Shown: positions 50,501-60,320 of the stretch, in pieces
Layout of the letters: the number at the start of each line of letters is the position of its first letter
Numbering within the stretch: position 1 is the first letter of the stretch
Notes under the pieces: model-generated
The model's database searches: none
Told to the model about the DNA's origin: nothing
Seen by the model: only the letters and a program-made list of their open reading frames with translations
Position numbers and translations under genes: made by a program
From: Paecilomyces variotii
Taxonomy: Eukaryota
Length of the DNA stretch: 64,000 nt
Direction: 5' to 3' (one strand)
Assembly (NCBI GenBank): GCA_004022145.1
Contig: RCNU01000007.1

Positions 50501-50651
50501 TGAGAAACCGCCGATTAGGAAACCGACTCTGTATCCATTTGATCAGAATCTTATCCTTAATCGTGAAGACGGACTGGTTGAAACGACGAAGGTGAGAGAG
50601 AAAGCGCTGGGAAAGAGAGCATCGGGTGGTTCTTCTGTGGATAATGTCTAG
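47571..50651 (+). CDS. fusion protein: signal peptide + GH16/concanavalin-like domain (degenerate active site) + TM + S/T/P linker + acyltransferase-3 domain
   Basis: Intronless 1026-aa ORF, likely start at ATG 47619/47622. CSCGYYD, DIHYGTFR, FMEYRVDWT, HIKHWSTGD..GPP, TM IPAIVISVLSGALSFFLLLNAFL, then RVDYLAGL..HF, GRTPRL, GVLWTIPVQLQGS, FTIYLIHG. Confidence 0.9.
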   Translation: MTCFGILRAPFSPRCSMMKFRFPIPLLLSLYLLPSAVIGKDSDVLISGTNNTDCSCGYYDESTKNLFTDSIIVYFNETSSLDLTGFAGQTYKNPYEKGWNDQYRQGADLSHLQIVNDSSSPEFPQSLAINISKPTADHLVMGGSIQTLRHDIHYGTFRTFLKSPRQWTGGSAISMELLYNETETFSLNLLSTEEPSTARITMLMNREFPDNIYGVNYTTLTNKSTSPWEFMEYRVDWTKDWLNYTLGDKVWRSASRREIKGLPSVPGPLHIKHWSTGDFFSMQGPPWAETTANVGWVRLFFNTTSMSDYARKAFDTTCRVDAACRVDDMKLRGYTSYAQNATTKWKQNPPSAGQRIPAIVISVLSGALSFFLLLNAFLRRQPWALLRPEKRYGAPFIRSLFPAGTTSSTEMITLPTPPPIEGISGLATPSGNVSGVATPLGQPPAMPSDWVNDDISTLRMSLAPSKAFSELEIQPVVGISPLRTSFTPSKSSTGWEIQPVTDDTSTLRFSSTPSKGFNELEIGSVAETSMKASKEENTTITELKDVTAQRDPAPNADGTAAAAPAAKKRVDYLAGLVAISSLLVTQIHFGLTFIPAAINPGAYLHYESEIWARKTVTPYLLNLIWIGPFLMTSSRFLAANYLKNGNLRSLAEKTVGRTPRLIIPITAIALIEYFFMDAGATKWLMYLPSITWSTWPFAVGYTNFGTFISEVIELMFLIPNAAPQITFNYCTGVLWTIPVQLQGSWQVMLGVIVIREIKTPWKRFGYYAFCIVNNWYALSWGSYFWLGLMMADLDITYKWRKWLYARPFVYYPLILFCAALGFGGLSLDLATQWTEVNYATYEYDIHPDPATGRPIAQTSGAGYPQYYVPKLHGLVFSLGFQALVELSPLVQKMLSFKLFVLIFPHIFTIYLIHGFVYWSLGATICVQLSALGLPYWANILIVAVCCYSVILLSLPLLTPVVETLGKNMTADIWRFAHEKPPIRKPTLYPFDQNLILNREDGLVETTKVREKALGKRASGGSSVDNV
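48927..49148 (+). repeat. three about 24-25 aa internal repeats in the linker of the fusion protein
   Basis: ISTLRMSLAPSKAFSELEIQPVVG / ISPLRTSFTPSKSSTGWEIQPVTDD / TSTLRFSSTPSKGFNELEIGSVAE. Confidence 0.85.
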
Positions 50652-50997
50652 CGTCGGGTGTTGTGTTAACTAGGTATCTAGCCTTGTCTTTCCACATTTA
50701 GATGTGTTTATCTTTTTAAAGCAGTAGTAAGTATAGAGTTGCATCTATGTGAAACTTGTCACTATCCATCTCGATCATGGCATAGTGGAACTTTCTATCA
50801 TTGGCCGGCTCCTAGTTAGTAATCGAACAAGCAAGCTTCTCGGCTCTTGCCTCTTGAATCCCAACTTGCTTTCACCTCAGTGACAACTTGCTTTCGCATG
50901 AGCATAGCTTCGGTTCCAGGATTTTATCAGTGTGAACGGTTTCGCGTTTATTAATCGCACATACCTCCGTTCTGAGCCAAAGTACTAGGTATTCAAT

Positions 50998-51353
50998 ATG
51001 GCGCCGCCGGGTTTCTCTCCTGCCTGTCCGATACCCCTCGTCATCGATCCGCAGACAAGAATCAAGGAACTCAAAGACGCGCTTACGGAGGACTGCTGGC
51101 AATACCAGAAAGCAAACATCTTAAAACTCATTGAACTATACGAAAGTGGAGAACTAAAACCTCCCTCTTACGATACGACTATTTGGCTTTGTGATGGAAA
51201 GGTGTTAGATAAAGAACCTGGACTTGATGACGTTCCTAGAGGTTCTGTGCTTTGGGCTGAGGTTAGTTATTATATTAAGCATGATTGACCATTGCTTTTC
51301 TAATCATTATGTAGGGGCTCGGTATGCAGATCTCCCCGGTAATTGCCCAGTAG
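50998..51353 (+). CDS. small hypothetical protein (about 100 aa)
   Basis: ATG 50998, intron 51262-51314 (GTTAGT..CTAAT..TAG), short last exon GLGMQISPVIAQ*. Confidence 0.65.
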
Positions 51354-51542
51354 CGGTACACATGTGGACAAATTGTCAGCTGGGGTTTAGACCCTAGACC
51401 CGCAAGGTTGGAAGCGCCCCATCTTTGTTTGAGGTAGGAAGACTGGAAGACTCCTTGACCTAATTTATTGGGTCTTCGACCTGCTGTTCTTTGGCGCGAC
51501 TGGGGTGCCTTAAGGTTAAAGCCAAACCGAATCCATTTCAGA

Positions 51543-52874
51543 TCAATCAACAACAGTGAACTCGACAAAATTGGATGACGGGACCATTATAACCGGCCTT
51601 CCATCATTATCAGGAGGGTCAACGACATGATCATTTAGCCAACATGGTAGTTTCACCACTGTCTTCGCATGCTCTTCACGATCACCCCAAACCCACCAGT
51701 CAACGCAGCCACCCCAGTACTGGTATCGATATGTGTCGCCAATCACTGTATCGGGATGCAAGTCGAAATAGCCCAGGGAACGGTGTTTGACGAAAGTTTC
51801 TCCTGGTTTGAGGCTGAGGAAAAGCGTAGAATCCGTAACGTTAACCTCAACGTCAGGTTCATCTACAATCATCCAACCCGGATTCCGTTCGTCGTCGAAA
51901 TAAGTCTTCCACTGTGTAGGATCCTCGTCTGAATTCTTCAACGGATTATAATCGTGGCAGCGGCGCAGCAGTCGAAAGTTATCACTTAAGAAAGGGTAGT
52001 TGTGTATGATGATCGGCTTTGTATCAGCACAGATAGTAGCATCGTGATCCTCGTTTGTCAGACCATCATATGTGGTCTTCACTGTAATACGGATCTTTTC
52101 CGTTTTAGAAATCTTCGATGGGCCTTCCAGAGATACACTTATACAAGGGGTTCCAGGGCTGTAAAAGAGTATCAGTCACGGGAAAGACGAAAATTACCTT
52201 GGAGGGTTTCTCACATTCGTTCCGATTTCTCCACCCGAGGATCGTCGGGTTCAAAGTCCGAACGTTCTTCCACCTCTACGCAGGTAAAAGAACAGCAGGC
52301 TCCCCCCGGGATGACAACAGGGGGTAGTCCCGAGTTAACCCCAATTTCTTGATCCCAATGCTCACGTAAGGTGCCCCAAGCCCACAAGGCATATTCAGCT
52401 CCCGGCCAGAATAGCTCATACCTCTCACCAGCGACCACGTGGTCCCAGAAGGGACACGGGTGGCCTATGTTTCTTCGGAGAGTTTGGCCAGGCAGGAGTT
52501 CTTCCGTCTCAACTTCGTATCCTGTAAGCTTGAAGGTCTGGGGAGGTGGCGATTTGGGCGTTCCCTCAACCATTTTCAGACCGTCTGGCGTGTGTTGAAA
52601 GAGCATGAAGCCAGAAGGACCCCATCCATCACGCACGACATTCCAGCGGAAGATACAAGGCTTGTCACAGTCATCTTCTGCTCGACGGATAGTGATAATA
52701 AACCCTCTCGGTTTATCTAGTGATATGACTGAACTAGTAGGCTCAACCTCCATAGATAGTCTGGGCGTATTTGGACTAGGAGATTTGTTAGTTTGGAACA
52801 ATGGGCAGGCAGGGAGAATCTCACGGTCTATCATGTTCAAAGAATCTGATATTTGATTCAAGCTCAGGATTCAT
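51543..52874 (-). CDS. hypothetical protein with two homologous Trp-rich beta domains
   Basis: ATG 52874 and introns 52824-52776 and 52214-52159 join the two ORFs in frame. LLPGQTL..VAGERYELFWPG..WAWG is repeated as LKPGETF..VIGDTYRYQYWGG..WVWG. Confidence 0.8.
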
Positions 52875-53197
52875 GGCAGGTTAAACGAAAGGTAAGGGGA
52901 AAGTAGGGAAGGTAAGAAGAATTAGGAAAAGAAAGAGATGGGGGAAGATAGAGGGGGGGAGAGAGAGACTCGTTACCCGTTGAACTAGTATTTACTTATG
53001 TGGGGTGGTGTATGGTAGAACCCTTTCTCAGTGATCTTTTATTCTAAATGTTGGCTAGCACATGTCAAACAGCGGATCACATTTACTGATGGAAAATGGC
53101 AAAACATGAGTTAGAATAATTTATGATCTATATCCTAACAGTCAAAAAAGAATCACTGACAGAGTCTATATAAGCTCAAATCAAGTTGATATATATA

Positions 53198-54189
53198 TCA
53201 CCCTAAAAGCGGCTGTCTTTCTTCTTCCTCCGCATATCTTATCTATTACAAAGACAACCACAACAAAATTCCTTACCCCAGAGCAAAGACTGCATCGTTA
53301 ACAGCGATAAACCTGACCATATAGTACTATATATTGATAATCAGAATAATTAAGTGTCCACCATCTAGGTATAGATCCTATAGCGCAACAACTCTGGGAA
53401 CCTAGGAAATAGCTGAGATTATAAAAGCCGCTATCTGAAGCTTAAGTCCCGTTAAAATTTAAGTTTATGAGGGCATACGGGCTTATTTTATTATTCCTAT
53501 AATAAAAGGTATAGTCGTAAGAAATAACAGGAGAATAACAGCATATAGGCCCTAGAAGAGAATAATTGGGTCTCGCTTATACTCAGGGCAATTCGGATAG
53601 TATGGAGGACAGAAGATATCTATCACTGCGTCTGCTATCACAGGGACTATAGATAGAATAAGAAAGCCGGAATAAATAAATATTATCAGAGCTTTGCGAA
53701 GGCGACTAGTGGGTTTATAGGAGAGGTTGAGCCCCAATCTGGATATTTTAGTCAGTCTCTAGTCAGTTTTTGATTACCAAGAAGGAATGTTTTAAGCTCA
53801 CAGGATGTTCCACAATGCCCATACGCCCAACACCTGGACAAAATTGACCCAGTCAAATGCATTACGTGGATGGTGAGTCCAGTAGCCTGTCTCAATAGGG
53901 AGATTGATAGTATAAAAGAAAACAAAAAGTAGATGCTCCGTGGAACAAATAGCATTGAAAAGTAGGTAGCACAATGAAATATCTCTAGTACCCTTGTCTA
54001 GCCACGCGTGACATATATGAGGGACGAAGGAGGTGAAGACCAAAGCAAGGACAATACTAGTTGTCCGTTAGCTTTTCCTGGAAAATGCATTATTCTAGCT
54101 CCCGAGAGGAGTACCCACAAACTGATAATGACTAGCAGCATCTTGTGCGGTTACTATGAGGACTCGGAAGTAATAAGGTCAATAAACAT
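53198..54189 (-). pseudogene. inactivated multi-TM (PQ-loop-like) membrane protein gene
   Basis: MFIDLITSESS**PHKMLLV.., FTSFVPHI..DISLCYLLFNAICSTEH.., ending ERQPLLG*. Multiple in-frame TAG/TAA stops, AT/TpA-rich composition, and intron signals still visible. Confidence 0.75.
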
Positions 54190-54604
54190 GAAAATAATGA
54201 AATGAAAGGTAAGAGAGGTGGGCGTATAATGAAGAAAGATGGAGCATGGGCTAAAAAAAAAAGTAAATCAACAAGTACTTATCTCGGACAAAGAGCCGGA
54301 GCTACAGTGAAATGAATACTAGTGTATTCGATCAGGTATAAATGTGGCTTTAAATCATACCTAATTTGTCCAAACAAATAAGATAGACTAACCTGATAGG
54401 GTAAGTGCTTCCAATAGCCTAGGAGTCAATATACCTAAGGTACCTGGTCCTGTTAACTACCACCAAGAAGATATTATGACACTCGGTATAGATAAAGCTA
54501 AACGCAACGCTTCTTTCCTAACAATCTCTTATTATCAGCTTTAAGTACTGGTCTTGCTTATAAATACTGTCCGCAGCAGCGATACATCCCACCCGGCGCC
54601 CTTA

Positions 54605-57044
54605 ATGTCCTCCCTCCTGAACGGTGCCCCTCTAGCATCCACTGACGACTGTCCAACGAACAATCCCGCCACACTATCCGATGTCCGGGCTGTCCTGGCG
54701 GCGCTGCATGAGCGCGAATCTAAAGTTACAGCTCGGCTGGATGCCTTGCTGGAGACGCAATCGAACCTAAGCCGCGAGCTGAGGAGGCTGGATTTGTTGG
54801 GAGCGGGATTGGGATCCGCTCCTACGTGCACCATTGGGAACAAGATGCTCGCTGGCGCGGCGGATACAGCCAGACGTTTAAGTTATCGTGTGAAGGCGCT
54901 GGATCTGGAGAAGATGAGGGTTGAAGACACCCTTGGGGTTGTGGAGCAGGTTGCTGAGCTCAAGGCTTGTGTTCATGGTGTCGTGGGCTCCATGGGAGCT
55001 CCCCAGGATTGGGAGGCTGCGGCGGGGTATATTTCGCGGGCGAATAAAGTGCCCGAGGAGGTTATAAAAGGAGGATTTGCGTCGGATATCGTGCCGAGCG
55101 TTGAGATACCGGATCCACCTTGGGTGACGCTCGAGATTGCGAAGGAAAGCCTTTGCAACTTGTTCGTACGAGAATTCGAGGAAGCAGTCAAAGAAGGGGA
55201 TACTGTTAAGGTGACGAGGTATTTCAAGCTGTTCCCGCCTATTGGGAGGGATGACACCGGCCTCGATGTCTACGGACGTTATGTCTGCCAGGGCGCCGCT
55301 GACGCGGCTCGCGAGAGGTTGAGGAATGCGCCGACGACCGCGGCTCAAAAGGAGGAAACAGGGTTGTTTTATGTGAATGCTCTTATAAAATTATTCGAGC
55401 ATATCGCACAGATTGTAGAGGGCCATGGAAAACTGGTTGAGCAGTATTACGGGGCGGGAAAGATGGTCAATGTCATTGAGCGCTTGCAAATGGAGGCTGA
55501 TGTTCAGGGAGGCATTATACTCGATTCGTGGAACAATGCCAGGGACGTGGAGAGATGGGTGAGGGACATAAAGTGTTATCCCTCTTCCCTTCTTGTTCAG
55601 AATTCCCTCCCGCTACCGAGAAGTGGTACGCCCAGGACGAATTCTCCGACTACGGGGCGAGGAGCAAATAATATGAGAAATAGCAAAGATGAAGGCGTGA
55701 ATTCGAAGGAGGTGGAACGCCTTCTTAATGAAATTGCAGCTATGCTTGGCACATGGTCATTTTATGTGCGGTTTATAACCCGGAAATGCAGAGTAAGTCC
55801 CACGAATATAACAACCTAGCCTGTCTAAAGCACTCATTATCAAATAGGATCTCCTTGACTTCAACAGCAATGCAGCCGCTATACCTGACGTCCTCGCAAA
55901 ATCCAACCTCATCCGCAAAATATCCGCGAAACTCATAACCCCATACAATACCATGACGACGTTCTTTTTCTGCCGCTCCATGGAAAGAGCTTTCCAGATA
56001 GATGAGTACCCTTCGGGTCTCTCCCTTGACCTGAACAAACCCATCAATGCCAATTCCCCATTCATAATCCTAGCCGTCGACGACGTCTTCTTCATCGTCA
56101 ATACCATAATCCGAAAGTCCCTAGCTACCTCACAGAAGGAGATTTTCGCCCATGTTATAACGACAATAGGCCGCTTTCTGGGCTCCGATTTTGTCGGCAT
56201 AATCCGGCGCAAGATGCGCGACGAAACATATCCCAAGCCCCTTATTCAGGGCGGTTTCCCACCTGAAGACAAGATCATCTCGTTCATCGTATTGATCAAC
56301 AGCCTGGACATGGCAAACGAATACCTTACCCGTATTGTCTCTACAAACCTGGGCGTCAACCTCGACCTCGAAAACTCCCTTACTAAATCATCTCCCATTC
56401 ACGATGCCTTTCCCGTGATCAAAGACGCGTCGTTTATCGCCGACTCACTGTCTAACCTCCTTAAATCATTCACTGCCAAGACTACAGAGCTATTGAACGA
56501 GGGCTTACAAGCTCTCTTCAACAACGTCGTCAAACTCAGACTCCGTCGACTCATTTCCGACACATTTCGGGATGCAGATTACTCTCTCACCGAGGAAGAA
56601 TTCGGCGACCTTGCCGCAGACGATGATGAAGGCAAAGGATCCTCAGACCACGTGGCCCGCATATTCGAGAATGGATGGGATCAACTTATGCGGCCAATTG
56701 CTCGGATCATGACTAGTAAGACATTTACCCTCCTGCTCGACATCACAGCACGATATCTTGCCAATAACGTCCTGGAGAAGAGGGTCTGGAGCCACGCTAA
56801 ACGGATGAGCGCATTTGGCGCTGTCCGTATGGAGAGGGATTTCTTCAATATCGCTAATGTGGTGACGAGGGAGGATTTCTCTGTTAGAGAGGTGTTTGCA
56901 AAGGTCTCGCAGATTCTTATGGTGGTGAATATGGAGGAGGAGGAGTGGGATGAGGTGAACAATGAGGACGGCGGCGAGGATGGTATTTTGTGGGTGTTGA
57001 CCAGGGAGGAGAGAGCTAGAGCTAGGGCGTTAGTGAGGGGGTAA
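54605..57044 (+). CDS. COG4: conserved oligomeric Golgi complex subunit 4-like protein
   Basis: ATG 54605, and intron 55793-55847 joins the two ORFs in frame. VEQVAELKACVHGVVGSMGAPQDWEAAAGY, TRYFKLFP, ERLQMEADVQGGIILD, VDDVFFIV, GAVRMERDF. Confidence 0.88.
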
Positions 57045-57796
57045 TGACAGTTGAGACGAAAATCAAGGTGATGTGATATACAATATATATATCACCCTAA
57101 AAGCGCCTGTCTTTCTCCTTGCATCCGCACGTCTAATCTACCGCAAAGATAACAGCCAATAGTATACCCCACCGAAGCTTATCATATGGACCCCCTGTGT
57201 CCACAACAGGATTAGTCCAAGTTGGTATAAGTCTAGAACGAGCTGGCTAGGTAGATACTTGGAGAACTGGGGTTCCCCATAATTACCTGCGGAGGAACAT
57301 CATCACTATCGAAGGTCTATTTTCTCCGCAAAAAGGATCTGGCGACTGTATACCATTATATTGTTTTATATATTGCTGCTTCCTAATAACTATCACTTTG
57401 GAGTAATGGGCAAAAACCAGTGGACGGAAATAAAGCAGCTGGTAACGAATATTTGAGACATGTAATGGATAGGTAACAACTGAGAAAATACAGGGCTGTT
57501 TGTCGGTGCACAAAGCAAACGCCAGGTGTGATCTGTCAATCATCTGTTTGCAGCAGATTCTCTGTATGCTAAAGATAAATATAGATGGAAGCCCCCTCAG
57601 ACGTAGAAACAATTCAAACTGTTCAGGCAAGACTATCCTTCCATGCTGTGCAATATTCGACAATATTCCCGGTCCGCGAGGTAGATGCTCAGAATCAGAT
57701 GAGATATTGCTTCAGAGAAATATATTCCCAATCCATCAATCCATACTGACTTGAAAACGGCATATTACAGAAATCATGAAAGACAGTACCAATGCC

Positions 57797-58276
57797 CTAT
57801 GAAGTGGGTATCCCGCTTGAAATAAGATCATGGTTCTTTAGAGCGGGAATTGCCTTATGTTCCGTCCATTCAGTGCATTTCATCAACGGCTTCCGAGGTT
57901 CCCCAGGCTCGTAGAATGTCAGAGGATTCCAAGACTTGACTGGCTCTGTTCTCATGGTCTTAGAGTTGAACGCCTTCTGCTTTGGAGGAGGAGGGACATT
58001 TTTGAGAATCTCGTCCCAGGCGTGAGGATACGTCGATGCCGCGGTGTAACCGATAAGCTCTTTGGAGTAGAGACTCTCCGATCTGTCAGGATTGGGGTAT
58101 GGCTTTGACTCATAGTGCATGCCGCTGACGATGTCGCCAGTGACGTGGTGCTTGATGCCGCTGCCAGGCCCTTGAGCGTTTGTCTCGACGAAAATGACAG
58201 TGTGATACCGGCGAGGTGGCATATCGGGATCCTGCATGGCGAGATTGGACTTCACTTTGTAAACTTTGTATGACAT
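57797..58276 (-). CDS. hypothetical protein, possible permuted papain-like (His...Cys) fold
   Basis: Intronless 159-aa ORF from ATG 58276 with YHTVIFVET, HHVTGD and a C-terminal KCTEWT motif. Confidence 0.7.
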   Translation of the reverse strand: MSYKVYKVKSNLAMQDPDMPPRRYHTVIFVETNAQGPGSGIKHHVTGDIVSGMHYESKPYPNPDRSESLYSKELIGYTAASTYPHAWDEILKNVPPPPKQKAFNSKTMRTEPVKSWNPLTFYEPGEPRKPLMKCTEWTEHKAIPALKNHDLISSGIPTS

Positions 58277-58732
58277 ATTGAAGTTGGAGAAATTTCGCAA
58301 TTCTAGTGTAGGGAAACCAAATAAAGACTACCAGTGAGCGGGAGCTGAACGCGAGAAGAAATGCTGATGAAGAAGATGAGTAGATTCTGCCAACTAGGTA
58401 TGGATGGCACATCTCAGCTCTTTAATACTTCTCTGCCCACCAGAGAAATAAGCACTATAGGGACGATCACAGCAGTAAAGGAAAAGGTGATTGTAATCGA
58501 TGTGCAGCATGGAAGCTTTGTCGATTATTCTTTACCAATCAATCTATCTAAGAAGAAGACGTGAAGGTCGAAGTATATGCATCGGTTAATACTTGTTCCG
58601 GCCCGCTACTGTAAGTACTGTACGTTAATGTCGCCTATCAACACGGTGAAGCTGATGAACTTTCAAACTTACTTCCACCTTAAGCAGGAGCTCCTATTTG
58701 TCTTGTAATGGGCTCAGACTATCGTCGACAGA

Positions 58733-59647
58733 ATGTCACTAGGGTCTATTCCAGCTCTCCCTTGGTTTCGCGATGAGCATGAACTGCCGCGCCGGCTTCC
58801 AACGATAGAGGAGATCGAAGCAGCTTCCACAGAATTTCCCTGCATATTCGATTCAAGTTCTCGACGGGTTATCCGTATCGACGAAGTTTTCGTTGTCAAA
58901 TATGGACCTGCAGTCTTTGAGAATGAAGGTCACGCATTGCTAGCTATAGAGAAGACACAGAGCATCCCTGCTCCTCGTCTCTATGCCATGTATCGACAAG
59001 ATGAGAAGCTGTATATCATCATGGAGTACATACCCGGTCACCGTCTTAGTGACATATGGCCATCGTTGTCGGAAACTGGAAAATTAACCATCGCGAACCA
59101 CCTGCGCGAGATATTCGACAAGTTACGGGCTCTCCCGTCGCCTGGGACTTTCGGCGGTGTTCTGGGGGGGCCACTTCCGCACCGCTACTTTTTCTCCTAC
59201 GAGAAAGACCCCTATATTACCGGACCCTTCAACACAGAGGATGATGTCTATCGCGCTCTTGTCTTTAAATCTAAGAAGAATTGGGATATGTGTGCGCGAC
59301 GGGCTTACGTGGCAGAGCTCTTCGATCGCCACCGGCAGGATATGTTGAGCGGTCATAATAGCGTATTCACGCACGCAGATTTTCAGCGGAAAAACATCCT
59401 TGTTCGAGAGCGGTACGATTCGTCCAGCAGCATCGATGGCAGCGATTCGAAGAGATCGTTCGAAGTCGCTGCTGTTCTAGATTGGGAATTTGCAGGCTGG
59501 TATCCCAGCCATTGGGAATACTCGCGATGTTTCACTTATTTTGACTGGTCAGATGATTGGCTTGAGAAAATGGAAAGAATCCTTAATCCATGTGTACCCC
59601 AGGCTGCACTGATGAGGTTAGTAGGACAGGATCTAAACCAATTTTAG
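58733..59647 (+). CDS. APH-family phosphotransferase / kinase-like protein
   Basis: FVVKYG..NEG, IPAPRLYA, YIIMEYIPG, FTHADFQRKNILV, VLDWEFAGWYPSHWEY. Confidence 0.9.
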   Translation: MSLGSIPALPWFRDEHELPRRLPTIEEIEAASTEFPCIFDSSSRRVIRIDEVFVVKYGPAVFENEGHALLAIEKTQSIPAPRLYAMYRQDEKLYIIMEYIPGHRLSDIWPSLSETGKLTIANHLREIFDKLRALPSPGTFGGVLGGPLPHRYFFSYEKDPYITGPFNTEDDVYRALVFKSKKNWDMCARRAYVAELFDRHRQDMLSGHNSVFTHADFQRKNILVRERYDSSSSIDGSDSKRSFEVAAVLDWEFAGWYPSHWEYSRCFTYFDWSDDWLEKMERILNPCVPQAALMRLVGQDLNQF

Positions 59648-59728
59648 CGTTGCGGAATTAGCTATCCACTCCAGATAGAATAAAATAAACATCAAAATAA
59701 ACCAGGAGATGATAAGAAGAAAACCTAG

Positions 59729-60320
59729 TACCGCTGGGTATCCAAGAATGTTCAATTCCCATACAACAGAGTGCAATACAGCTTCGTTCCGTTTATTGGG
59801 GATGGGATAAGGTGGACCGTTCTGACGTCTGGTTGACAACCGCTGAGGACTGGGATGAATGGCTTGGTGATGTCCCTCAATAGTGTCATCCAAGCTGCGG
59901 TCCTTGATGCGAACAACCTGGTTGGCAGAAATGTCACTCGCTTCGTCGACGTGGATCCCAGTTTCGAGGGCCACCGCTGGTGTGAACCGGGCGTGAAAGA
60001 GCCAGATCCCAGTGACACAAGTACTGCCTTTTTCCTCAGCAGTTGGCCGGACGTTCTAGAGGAAGACACGATTTCGACATGGGTATGGTTATTGATATCT
60101 GTTAAAGCCGTTGTGTTCACTTTAGTGACAAGAGCTCAACAGCTCTTACCCCCTTTGAGTTCGATGTCGTTGCAGATGACCCGGATTCGTTATGAGAACT
60201 GAACTTTGTCAGCCACCCGAATGTGTTGGTAAGAGGGTCCCCGAACAATCGCCTGTTTCTAATGCAGGTCCACAGGTAGTGCGGGATATGACGAAGATGC
60301 ATTTGTTTCACCTTGTAAGT
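59729..60320 (+). pseudogene. 5'-truncated, frameshifted SGNH/GDSL-type lipase/esterase remnant
   Basis: TAGYPRMFNSHTTECNTASF, then DVWLTT/LRTGMNGLVMSLNSVI with a frameshift, then FVDVDPSFEGHRWCEPGVKEPD. No GDS block or start is visible. Confidence 0.65.

Larger units (their letters stand above)
53178..57170 (+). repeat. about 90-100 bp imperfect direct repeat pair (53178-53280 and 57060-57170)
   Basis: aaatcaag(t/g)tgat..atatatatcaccctaaaagcg(g/c)ctgtctttct(t/c)ctt..tccgca(ta/cg)tct(t/a)atcta(tta/ccg)caaaga(c/t)aac. Confidence 0.88.

Noticed and set aside
12382-57044. Apparent enrichment of trafficking genes (APS1, golgin, ERV41, COG4) as a functional cluster
   Set aside because: They are interspersed with unrelated genes over 45 kb, which is consistent with ordinary synteny.
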